Assembly: GCA_963664395.2 (NCBI GenBank)
Contig: OY761159.2
Location: 2,304,001 to 2,368,000, forward strand
Direction of reading: 5' to 3'
DNA length: 64,000 nucleotides
Origin: Candidatus Binatia bacterium
Lineage (GTDB): Bacteria > Desulfobacterota > Binatia > Bin18
Positions 9,822-18,506 of the stretch are shown here, piece by piece. Each line of letters begins with the position of its first letter. Position 1 is the stretch's first letter. A program made the translations under genes and the position numbers. The notes beneath the pieces are model-generated. The model ran no database searches, was not told the DNA's origin, and saw only the letters and a program-made list of their open reading frames with translations.

Positions 9822-10994
9822 TTGGTTGAAGTAGGACAGACGACAGCAGAAACGTCTCATATCGAGTTCGGCAATCAGCGTTTTTTACGCGATCTTCTTG
9901 GTCAGCATGATGCGCATCTGCGCGGCCTGGAGAACGCGCTCGGTGTGAAAATCTCAGCCTCGGGCAATGCCCTTATCATCGCCGGGGAGGAGTCACAGCG
10001 CGACTTGGCGGGTCGGGTGGCGACCCAACTGTACGATCTCATCCAACGCGGCTATCCCGTCTATCCGAGTGATGTGGATTACGCGATCCGCATCCTCAGC
10101 CGTGACCATGCTGCCAATCTTCAGGATATTTTTCTCGACACAGTCTACGTATCGTCCAACCACCGGACTATTACGCCCAAGAGTCTCGCTCAGAAAGCCT
10201 ACATCGATGCTATCCGCAACTACGATATCGTATTCGGTATCGGGCCGGCTGGCACCGGGAAAACGTATTTGGCGATGGCGGTGGCGGTTGCTGAACTCAT
10301 GAAACGTAAAGTGAGTCGGGTTGTCCTCACCCGGCCGGCCGTTGAGGCTGGGGAGAAGCTGGGTTTTCTGCCAGGCGATCTGGCCGAAAAAATTAATCCC
10401 TATTTGCGGCCTTTGTATGACGCCCTGCACGATATGGTTGACTTTGGCCGCGCGCAAAAAATGATTGAGCGCGGCGTGATTGAAGTGGCTCCGCTGGCAT
10501 TTATGCGGGGCCGGACGCTCAATGACTCCTTTGTCATATTGGATGAAGCCCAGAATACGACCCGTGAGCAAATGAAAATGTTTCTCACCCGGCTTGGCTA
10601 TGGGTCGAAAGCCGTGATCACCGGCGATATTACCCAAGTCGATCTCCCCACCGGAACCCGCTCAGGATTAAAAGAGGCCCAGCATATTCTGCGCGATATC
10701 GACGGGATCAAATTTGCGCTCTTTACGGAAAAAGATGTAGTCCGCCATCGTCTTGTCCAAGATGTCATTGTCGCCTATGAACGCGCCCAAGAAGCCCAAG
10801 AGCTCCGCAACCAAGAAAGCCGGGAACTCCGCCGCAGCCGTCTTCAGGCCCGGTCTGACCGTAGACATCAGCGGCACAGTCCCGAGCCTGAGTCGGACCG
10901 AGATCCGGCGCTGGAGCCGAATGATCCTGCGTCATCTGAAGCTGAAACAGGCCGAGCTGAGTCTGGCTTTCGTGACGGACCAGACGATCCATGA
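9822..10994 (+). CDS. phoH: PhoH-family ATPase (KH-like N-terminus) with a charged C-terminal tail
   Basis: GPAGTGKTYLA, RPAVEAGEKLGFLPG, FMRGRT, DEAQN, GDITQVDLP. Confidence 0.96.
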   Translation: MVEVGQTTAETSHIEFGNQRFLRDLLGQHDAHLRGLENALGVKISASGNALIIAGEESQRDLAGRVATQLYDLIQRGYPVYPSDVDYAIRILSRDHAANLQDIFLDTVYVSSNHRTITPKSLAQKAYIDAIRNYDIVFGIGPAGTGKTYLAMAVAVAELMKRKVSRVVLTRPAVEAGEKLGFLPGDLAEKINPYLRPLYDALHDMVDFGRAQKMIERGVIEVAPLAFMRGRTLNDSFVILDEAQNTTREQMKMFLTRLGYGSKAVITGDITQVDLPTGTRSGLKEAQHILRDIDGIKFALFTEKDVVRHRLVQDVIVAYERAQEAQELRNQESRELRRSRLQARSDRRHQRHSPEPESDRDPALEPNDPASSEAETGRAESGFRDGPDDP

Positions 10995-11301
10995 GCTGAA
11001 TCGTCAGTATCGGAACAAAGACAAGCCGACTGACGTGTTGTCGTTTCCGCTGGCCGACGAAGTCTGTCCGACTCTTTTGGGAGATGTCGTCATCTCGATT
11101 GACACCGCCCGTCGGCAGGCCCGGCAGCGCAAACGCGCCTTTGCCGACGAACTGCGCGCCTTGCTCATCCATGGTATTCTGCACCTGCTCGGCTACGACC
11201 ACGAAGTGTCGGACAGCGAAGCCGTCCGCATGCGCCGAAAAGAACGTGAGCTGAAGGCCCTGTTGCAGCAATCTGGCGATGTAGGTCGAATCGCGTCCTG
11301 A
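10753..11301 (+). CDS. ybeY: rRNA maturation endoribonuclease YbeY (true start uncertain, overlaps phoH)
   Basis: LNRQYRNKDKPTDVLSFP, LGDVVIS, HGILHLLGYDH. Confidence 0.93.
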   Translation: MSKMSLSPMNAPKKPKSSATKKAGNSAAAVFRPGLTVDISGTVPSLSRTEIRRWSRMILRHLKLKQAELSLAFVTDQTIHELNRQYRNKDKPTDVLSFPLADEVCPTLLGDVVISIDTARRQARQRKRAFADELRALLIHGILHLLGYDHEVSDSEAVRMRRKERELKALLQQSGDVGRIAS

Positions 11302-11328
11302 TGGACAAAGAACAGGAGACGTTTTTGT

Positions 11329-12201
11329 ATGGGCATCCTGGTAGACATTTTTGACGAAGAGAGGCATCACCTCTCTGAGAAGATTGGGGACAGTCCCCCT
11401 GAAAAGGCTGCACGTATAATCCGAGATTTTTTGGGTAAACTTCCGGCCAAGTATGAGGAAAAAAGTGACCTGACATTGAACGAGAGGCGCCGTCTCGGGT
11501 TTCTCATTGATCTGCTGCAAGAAACCGCCTCCCTCCTTGTTGTTCACACCGCCGAACTCGCACCATCGAGTCATCCGACCCGATATACCTCCGGGCCTCA
11601 AAAGATAGCTCAGCTCGTTCTTTTTGCCCTGCTTGCCGGTGGGTTGGTTGCAATAGGTGCGTTTTCGGCAGTATTGCTCTTGTTGCTGCTGATCATCGCG
11701 ACGTTGCCACTGAAGCTGATCCCTCATCCTGATAAATGGCTTTCGGCTCTTCTGTCGTCTGCGTCTACAGCCGCCTCAGGCCCTTCCTCCCAAGCCGAGA
11801 GGCCGGAAGTACGCGTCAATCCTGGCCCTATGCTCATTGAATTAAGGAAAATCATACAAAAGGCGGAGACATTGCTTGAGGATGAAAAAGACGAGCCAGA
11901 ACCTGAGCCAGCCTACCCCATACATGAAGCAAAAGATTTGCTCCATTTTTTCCAAAACCTTTTGGAAGCTGCACAATTCAAGGATGCGGAGTTTGCCCTG
12001 AAATCGGTACGCAGCCTGAAACGCTTACTACTTGAGCAAAACATACAGATCGAAGACTACAAGGAAGGACAAAACGATTCCCATTTCAGCTTTATGCCGG
12101 GTGGGGGTGAGCGTCGTCAGACGCAGAAGCTCGCACTGGTCAATACGGAAGGACGGGTATTAGTGCGAGGCATTGTGCTTGAGGCTTCGGAAAACAGGTA
12201 G
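11329..12201 (+). CDS. Membrane-anchored protein with a GrpE-like C-terminal domain
   Basis: Central hydrophobic hairpin (IAQLVLFALLAGG...LLLLLIIATLP); C-terminus LKRLLLEQNIQI...QTQKLALVNTEGRVLVRGIV resembles the GrpE beta domain; adjacent to an Hsp70-fold gene. Confidence 0.5.
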   Translation: MGILVDIFDEERHHLSEKIGDSPPEKAARIIRDFLGKLPAKYEEKSDLTLNERRRLGFLIDLLQETASLLVVHTAELAPSSHPTRYTSGPQKIAQLVLFALLAGGLVAIGAFSAVLLLLLLIIATLPLKLIPHPDKWLSALLSSASTAASGPSSQAERPEVRVNPGPMLIELRKIIQKAETLLEDEKDEPEPEPAYPIHEAKDLLHFFQNLLEAAQFKDAEFALKSVRSLKRLLLEQNIQIEDYKEGQNDSHFSFMPGGGERRQTQKLALVNTEGRVLVRGIVLEASENR

Positions 12202-12304
12202 CTCCTCGTAACGAGTTCCATACATCTGACACAAAACACTGCCTATCACCTTGGGAAAACTGTCGTCGTAAAAAGGTACATTAGCAAAGGAAGATCTGCG
12301 CATT

Positions 12305-14320
12305 ATGTCTACATATACTCCGATGAAGAAAAATCAGACAATCACGCCTGCTGAAATCATTGGCTTTGACCTTGGCCACGCCGAAACAGCGGCAACTATA
12401 ACAAAGCTGGGCGCTACAACAGAGCCCCAACCCTTGGAAATCCAGGGGAATATGAATCCAATCATAACCGCTGTCGCCGAAGACGGAGAGGGAAATGTAC
12501 GGATCGGAGAAGAAGCGTACCGAAGCAGGAACTCGAAAAGCCTGAAAATCATGTTCAAGAGTCCGAAGCTGGATGACCCTGAAACACGTACGCCTATACA
12601 ACTTTTTGTCCAGAAAATCGTCAATCTATGGTTGGAGGGTAACCACATCGAAGGAGGTAACGATAGTCTGTTTATTGTGGGTTGTCCCTCTGGGTGGAGT
12701 GGTCAAGCACGGAAGATGTATGAAGACCTGTTGCGAGACGCGGGCATGAAACAGGTACGAGTTGAACGTGAATCTCGCGGCGCCTTTCTGGCCGCTAGAA
12801 ACAGCGGAGAGGCTAATCTTAAAGTTTCAGCAGAGACGCTTTCTGGCTCGATTCTCGTTGTGGACATGGGTTCTTCCACGACCGATTTTACACATATAGT
12901 CAACCTGGAGGAGAAGCCTGAAGACTTTGGCAGCAACATCCTTGGGGCCGGCATTATCGACCAAATAATCTTCGAGAAATGGCGCAGTGCTCAGACTGCT
13001 GAAATCACTACAATGCTCAAAGAGGAGCCCTCCCTAGAGGCACGGTGCTTGCTTGAGTGCCGCAAATTGAAAGAATCATTTTTCAATTCTAATATGACGG
13101 ACGATCCCATCTATCAGACTGAGAGAATCTTCGGACCCGAGGGTAGGTCGTTTCTGTTTGAGATGTTGCTGAAGAACAGTGTGGTGGACGAAGTCCTATC
13201 CACGCCGATTGGCGAATTTCTCCAACAACCCAACGTAGAGTTACATAAACTCGGCTGGCAGGATGCCTTTCGGAAGGTATTACAAGACGTGCAGAAGCAA
13301 ACCGCAGACAATCCGCCCCAACTGATCCTGCTGACGGGGGGAGCTTCCAGAATGTCGTTCGTCTTAAGGTGCTGTGAAGAGGTATTCCCTTCGGCAAAAG
13401 TCAAGCGAGGAACGTCGCCGCAGTACACCATCGCCCGGGGGCTTGCCCTAGCAGGTCGGACAGGTAACAAGCTGGAACAGTTTCGTAGTGACATTCAGGA
13501 CATTTTCGCGTCGGATAAACTACGAAAAGTGCTGAGAGAGGAATCTGAAAGGGATGAGGGTTCGCCCCTTGATCACTTGATGGCCGATATTGCTGTTTTT
13601 GTTGTCTATGAGCTGTCGAACAATATCATCCTTCCGACCTTTGTTGAATGGAGGGAGGGGCGCATTTCGACCCTGAATCGTCTGGACAGAGAAATTAAAA
13701 AACGTTCGCGTTCTTTCCTTGAGGGATTAAGCGGGGCCGGCTCGCAAGAATTAGAAGATGAGGTCGTGAAACCTTGGCTTGAAGAATATGTCAGACCGGC
13801 AGTCGAAAGGTTAATCGAGCCAATTTGCAAAAAAGCCGGTATTCCGGTCTCGGAACTTAACCTTTCCCCTGATTTTGTTCCACCGTCTGTCAATGTGGCA
13901 GGACATTCGGACATAAATCCGCTTGAAGATATAGATACACTGGGCACCATGACCGCGGTCATCGGATCAATCATTATTGCCACCCTGCTCGGTGGCGGTG
14001 GAACCGCCCTGTTATTTGCCGGTCCTCTCGGATGGATCATCGGACTCGTCATCGGTGCTGTTGCCACATTCGTGAGCAAAGAGTTTGCAATGGACACAAT
14101 TAAGGATTCCGACGTTCCGACATTTCTCCGTAAAATGATGACCTCCGAAGAAACTGTTCAAGAGAAATTGAAGGAGAACGAAGAGGAACTGCACGGTCAG
14201 ATTTTCGAGGCCCTACAAAAAAAAGCCGACGCTTTTGACGACCTACTTGAAAGCATTGCTAAAGGGACAGAAGCTGACCTGAAGGAAAAGGCAGAGAAAG
14301 CGGAAATGCTGATCAAATAA
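12305..14320 (+). CDS. Atypical Hsp70/actin-fold ATPase with a helical C-terminus and a glycine-rich membrane hairpin
   Basis: IGFDLGHAET, VGCPSGW, ESRGAF, VVDMGSSTTD, LGAGIID, LLTGGASRM, IARGLA; no DnaK substrate-binding domain; late TM segment LLGGGGTALLFAGPLGWIIGLVIGAVA. Confidence 0.8.
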   Translation: MSTYTPMKKNQTITPAEIIGFDLGHAETAATITKLGATTEPQPLEIQGNMNPIITAVAEDGEGNVRIGEEAYRSRNSKSLKIMFKSPKLDDPETRTPIQLFVQKIVNLWLEGNHIEGGNDSLFIVGCPSGWSGQARKMYEDLLRDAGMKQVRVERESRGAFLAARNSGEANLKVSAETLSGSILVVDMGSSTTDFTHIVNLEEKPEDFGSNILGAGIIDQIIFEKWRSAQTAEITTMLKEEPSLEARCLLECRKLKESFFNSNMTDDPIYQTERIFGPEGRSFLFEMLLKNSVVDEVLSTPIGEFLQQPNVELHKLGWQDAFRKVLQDVQKQTADNPPQLILLTGGASRMSFVLRCCEEVFPSAKVKRGTSPQYTIARGLALAGRTGNKLEQFRSDIQDIFASDKLRKVLREESERDEGSPLDHLMADIAVFVVYELSNNIILPTFVEWREGRISTLNRLDREIKKRSRSFLEGLSGAGSQELEDEVVKPWLEEYVRPAVERLIEPICKKAGIPVSELNLSPDFVPPSVNVAGHSDINPLEDIDTLGTMTAVIGSIIIATLLGGGGTALLFAGPLGWIIGLVIGAVATFVSKEFAMDTIKDSDVPTFLRKMMTSEETVQEKLKENEEELHGQIFEALQKKADAFDDLLESIAKGTEADLKEKAEKAEMLIK

Positions 14321-14375
14321 ACAGATTGGAGGAGGGGCATCCATGACTCGCCCCGTCCTGTCTTCGATCATTTCT

Positions 14376-14643
14376 TCACACTTTGAACTCTTTAGAGCAG
14401 CGTGGACAGACTGCGGTATTGTCCACGCTGATTCCCTTCCCAAAACCGATGAGTCCGAACAGGACCATCCCTGTAACGGGTGTCAGGGCCAATCCGAACA
14501 AAAGTATAGTCGATGATATGTCCAAATGAGCCTACCAGCCAGCCCAGCGCAGAACCGAAGCCCACTCCTACCAATTTCCACCTGAACCTCCATTTGATCC
14601 AAACCATTCCTCGGCAGTGTGGACAGTGAATGTTTCTGGCCAT
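14376..14643 (-). pseudogene. Frameshifted small Zn-ribbon/transmembrane-hairpin protein (CPHC-TM-TM-CPRC)
   Basis: Frame 1 gives MARNIHCPHC...LVGSFG; the +1 frame from about 14520 gives ISSTILLFGLALTPVTGMVLFGLIGFGKG...VCPRCSKEFKV*; span is 3n+1. Confidence 0.6.
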
Positions 14644-14772
14644 TCCCCAAGGCTCTCCTTCCTTTATCTCGACCAGTCCGATGAAAGATACCGGCTTCCG
14701 GCTTCTGCTGGAATAATGAGGGGTCGGTGCGGCCTTTCCAGGCTGGGAGAGGCAGGCTAGGCTGCGGTCTGT

Positions 14773-16365
14773 ATGCAGCGCCTGCAGCCCGTTCTGCTAG
14801 CCATTGTGAGTGGTGTTCTGCTCGCTCTGGCCTTCCCGAAAGTCGATTGGAATATTCTGGCCTGGGTCGCCTTTATCCCGCTGCTCTGGGTTACGCAGGG
14901 GCAGACGTTGCGGCGTGCCTTTAGTCTCGGCTGGATTGCCGGTATGGGGTTCTATTTATGTACGCTGTATTGGATCGTGGGTACCATTGGCCTGTACAGC
15001 AATATCCCTCACCTCATTGCTGTTGGTCCGCTGCTGCTCATGTGCGCCATTCTCTCGACCTATACCGGAATCTTTGCTGCTGGACTGTGCCTCTATCAAA
15101 ACAAGAGTCCGCACAACGGGGGTTCGTTTATCTTCTTGTTGGGACCTGCCCTCTGGGTTGCTTTGGAATGGGTGCGCTCTTTCTTTTTTATTGGTTTTCC
15201 CTGGGTCAGTCTGGGCTATTCTCAATATAATTTCTTAAACCTGATTCAGTTTGTTGAATTCACCGGCATGTATGGCCTGTCGGCGCTGGTGATATGTGGC
15301 AATATGGTTCTCTTCAGCGTGCTCTCTCGCCGGGGGTCTGGCCGTGGCCGGGTGCTGCTGGTCTTCCTCCTCATTGTTGCCGGACTCTGGGGCTGGGGGG
15401 GCTGGCGTCGCCATCAATTGGCGGCACTGCCTCAGACGCATACGCTGAACATTGGGATTGCCCAGGGGAATATTGCCCAAAACAAAAAATGGGCCCCTGA
15501 CTACCAGGAGACCACTATCGCGCGCTATGAGCAGTTGACCCGGCAGATAGCGGAACAGAACGTCGATCTGGTCGTCTGGCCGGAGGCGTCAGTGCCATTT
15601 TTCTTTCAATCTGATGTGACCTATCGCGGACGACTGCTTGACCTTGCTCAAGAGACCAGGACGCCTCTCCTGTTTGGGAGTCCGGCCTTTCGAGCCAGGG
15701 GAACGGAACTCAGGCTCTTTAACCGTGTCTATCTCTTATCCCCAGATACCTCCATTCTGGGGCACTATGACAAAATTATTCTTACCCCCTTTGGAGAATA
15801 TATTCCGTTTCAGGACAGCCTGCTTTTTTTTCTGGACAAATTGGTCGAAGGGATTGGAGACTTTGTGCCGGGCACAACGCCGACTATTTTTTCGCTGCCC
15901 TTTGGGACCTTCGGCGTCCTGATTTGCTATGAAGGCGTATTCCCGGACTTAGCGCGTCGCTTTGTTCGGAATGGCGCGACGCTGCTCATAAACGTCACCA
16001 ACGATGCTTGGTTTGGAGAGACCTCAGCCCCGTATCAACATCTGGCAATGGCGGCCATGCGGGCAGTCGAGAATCGTGTGCCCCTGGTGCGATCCGCAAA
16101 TACCGGGATTTCAGCCATTGTGAACATTGATGGCCAGATTCAGGCCCAAACGGACCTTTTGGAGACGACCTTTATCGCCGAATCGCTCGCCTGGCCCCAA
16201 GTAACATCTATCTATACCCAGTATGGTGATTGGTTCGTGGCGTTGTGCGTCGTAGGTGCCCTGGTTATGCTAGGCTACTCATGGGTGACAGCCTATGTGC
16301 CCTCGTCCGCGGGGCGAAACGGAGGAATCGGGAATGCTCGTAGAAATAAAAGAGAAGCTGAATGA
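14773..16365 (+). CDS. lnt: Apolipoprotein N-acyltransferase
   Basis: Multiple TMs, GFPW, QGNI, VWPEAS, YDK..L.PFGEY, ICYE, NVTNDAWFG, RAVEN, RSANTGIS. Confidence 0.97.
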   Translation: MQRLQPVLLAIVSGVLLALAFPKVDWNILAWVAFIPLLWVTQGQTLRRAFSLGWIAGMGFYLCTLYWIVGTIGLYSNIPHLIAVGPLLLMCAILSTYTGIFAAGLCLYQNKSPHNGGSFIFLLGPALWVALEWVRSFFFIGFPWVSLGYSQYNFLNLIQFVEFTGMYGLSALVICGNMVLFSVLSRRGSGRGRVLLVFLLIVAGLWGWGGWRRHQLAALPQTHTLNIGIAQGNIAQNKKWAPDYQETTIARYEQLTRQIAEQNVDLVVWPEASVPFFFQSDVTYRGRLLDLAQETRTPLLFGSPAFRARGTELRLFNRVYLLSPDTSILGHYDKIILTPFGEYIPFQDSLLFFLDKLVEGIGDFVPGTTPTIFSLPFGTFGVLICYEGVFPDLARRFVRNGATLLINVTNDAWFGETSAPYQHLAMAAMRAVENRVPLVRSANTGISAIVNIDGQIQAQTDLLETTFIAESLAWPQVTSIYTQYGDWFVALCVVGALVMLGYSWVTAYVPSSAGRNGGIGNARRNKREAE

Positions 16366-17438
16366 ATTGAGCGCACGCATTGAGAATCTTGGGAGGCATC
16401 TTTGACGTCCCAGGTAAAGAAGCACGCGCAGCCGAGCTGGAAGAACAAACGCTCGTCAACGAATTTTGGCAAGACCAGGAGAAGGCGCAAGCCATTCTCA
16501 AAGAGCGGGCAACCTTACTTGACGCTGTGACGGAGTGGAAAAAGCAGGAGCTGGCCGCGGCTGACGCGCTGATCTTTTTGGAACTGGCCGAAGCCGGAGA
16601 CGCGGAGGCGACTGAAGAAGTGGAGCGGGCGGTCCCCGAGCTTGAGGCCACTGTGAGCCGGACAGAGCTACGGCGTATGCTGGGCGGGGAACACGATGCG
16701 CAGAGCGCGATAGTCAATCTCCATCCTGGTGCTGGTGGTCTCGAAGCCCAAGACTGGGCCGATATGCTCCTCCGACTGTATCTGCGCTGGGCAGAACGCC
16801 GAGGCTATAGCGTAGAGATGGCCGAACACCTGCCGGGTGAAGGCGGTGGAGTAAAAAGTGCAACCTTCACCGTTGAGGGTGCCCATGCCTATGGCTATCT
16901 GCGGGCAGAGGCTGGCATTCATCGGCTCGTTCGGATCTCGCCGTTTGATGCCAATGCCCGGCGGCATACCTCCTTTGCTTCTCTCTTTGTCTACCCGGAT
17001 ATTGATGAGGTCGTTGAAGTCGATGTCCGCCCTGAAGATTTGCGCGTTGATACCTACCGGGCCAGCGGGGCCGGGGGACAGCACGTCAACAAAACCGACT
17101 CCGCGATTCGTCTGACGCATTTGCCTACCAGAATCGTGGTAGCGTGTCAGAACGAACGTTCCCAACATCGGAATCGGGCTATGGCGATGAAAATTCTCCG
17201 CGCGCGCTTGTATGAGCTGGAGATGGAGAAACAAAAGGAGAAGATGGAGGGCCTGCATAAAAGTAAAAAGGATATTGCCTGGGGGAGTCAGATTCGCTCC
17301 TACGTCCTCCATCCCTACCGGATGGTCAAAGACCATCGCACCGGCGTAGAGGTCGGGAACACAGACGCGGTTCTGGATGGCGATATCGATCGGTTCATTG
17401 AAGCCTATCTGCTCCAACAATCGACTTCAGCGGCCTAA
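16334..17438 (+). CDS. prfB: Peptide chain release factor 2, expressed via a programmed +1 frameshift
   Basis: ATG 16334 MLVEIKEKL...GRHL then CTT TGA C at 16400-16406; GGQ motif (GAGGQHVN) and SPF tripeptide. Confidence 0.97.
16391..16406 (+). promoter_or_regulatory. prfB +1 frameshift site: internal SD GGGAGG, 3 nt, CTT TGA C
   Basis: Canonical RF2 autoregulatory slippery site. Confidence 0.95.
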
Positions 17439-17594
17439 CGCGCTCTAGCGGTTGTCTGCCCGTGGTTGGAGCCTGCTTGTGATTGTTGGGTCTTATCACG
17501 AGGTGCGCTCAATCTCTTGGCAATCATCCGGGAAGCGGGTACACTCCTGCGACGCTTGTCCTTACCTGAGACCAAGGGAAAGCGAGGGAGGACC

Positions 17595-18506
17595 ATGAAC
17601 GCGTTGACTATTGAACGAATTCCAGAACTGAACGACCCCGTGCTGATTGTCGCATTTGCCGGCTGGAACGATGCTGGCAGTGCGGCGACGCATGCCACGC
17701 AATTTCTTATCAAACGACTCCAGGCAAATCGTTTTGCGAATATCGATCCCGAAGAATTTTATAATTTCAGTGAGGTCCGGCCCCACGTACGCCTGCGAGA
17801 TGGGTTCTACCGTGAGATTCGTTGGCCGGCGAATGAGTTCTTTTCGAGTAGCCCAGCTAATCTCAAGCGCAGCATGGTGTTTGGTCTGGGCATTGAGCCA
17901 CATCTACGCTGGAAAGCGTATTCAGCGGCTTTTCTGGATGTTGCACAGCAGTGCGGGGTGCGGCTTGTTATTACCCTTGGCGCACTGCTGGCCGATGTGG
18001 CCTACTCCAAACCGGTGCGTGTGGTCGGATTTAGTAGTGACCCCGATATTGCGACGCAACTACAGCTCACCCCGTCCCGTTATGAGGGACCAACGGGAAT
18101 CGTCGGGGTGCTGAATGATGCCTGCCGCCAAGCTGGATTGACGTCCATCAGTTTCTGGGCCAACGTCCCGCACTATATTTCCGCCGCTCCAAACCCAAAG
18201 GCCGCCCTCGCCCTTATCACTCGCCTCGAATCTTTTCTCCACATTGCCCTCGATACAACCGAGTTGGTCACGGGCGCGGCAGAATTTGATACGCAGGTCA
18301 CAAAGGCGATAGCTGAGAATCCAAACCTGGCCGCTTATGTCAAACGACTAGAAGAGCAGGAGCAGAAAGAAGGGCTGGAAATGGAGACCGCTGCTCGGGA
18401 CGAAGGCGGGAATGGACACGGCAATGGGCATGCCAATGGCAAAGACATGGCCGAAGAACTCCAGCGTTTTTTGCAGCAGCGTAAGGACCGCAAAGATGAC
18501 GATTAA
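17595..18506 (+). CDS. PAC2 family protein (proteasome assembly chaperone-like)
   Basis: AFAGWNDAG, IDPEEFY, GIEPHLRW, TLGALLADV, YEGPTGIVGVL, WANVPHY, PNPKA; SD GGAGG before ATG 17595. Confidence 0.88.
   Translation: MNALTIERIPELNDPVLIVAFAGWNDAGSAATHATQFLIKRLQANRFANIDPEEFYNFSEVRPHVRLRDGFYREIRWPANEFFSSSPANLKRSMVFGLGIEPHLRWKAYSAAFLDVAQQCGVRLVITLGALLADVAYSKPVRVVGFSSDPDIATQLQLTPSRYEGPTGIVGVLNDACRQAGLTSISFWANVPHYISAAPNPKAALALITRLESFLHIALDTTELVTGAAEFDTQVTKAIAENPNLAAYVKRLEEQEQKEGLEMETAARDEGGNGHGNGHANGKDMAEELQRFLQQRKDRKDDD

Noticed and set aside
12305-14320. Calling this gene dnaK or hscA
   Set aside because: The motifs are divergent, there is no substrate-binding domain, and it has a membrane hairpin.
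16380-17438. prfB starting at TTG 16380 as in the ORF track
   Set aside because: The canonical frameshift signal shows the real start is ATG 16334 in another frame.
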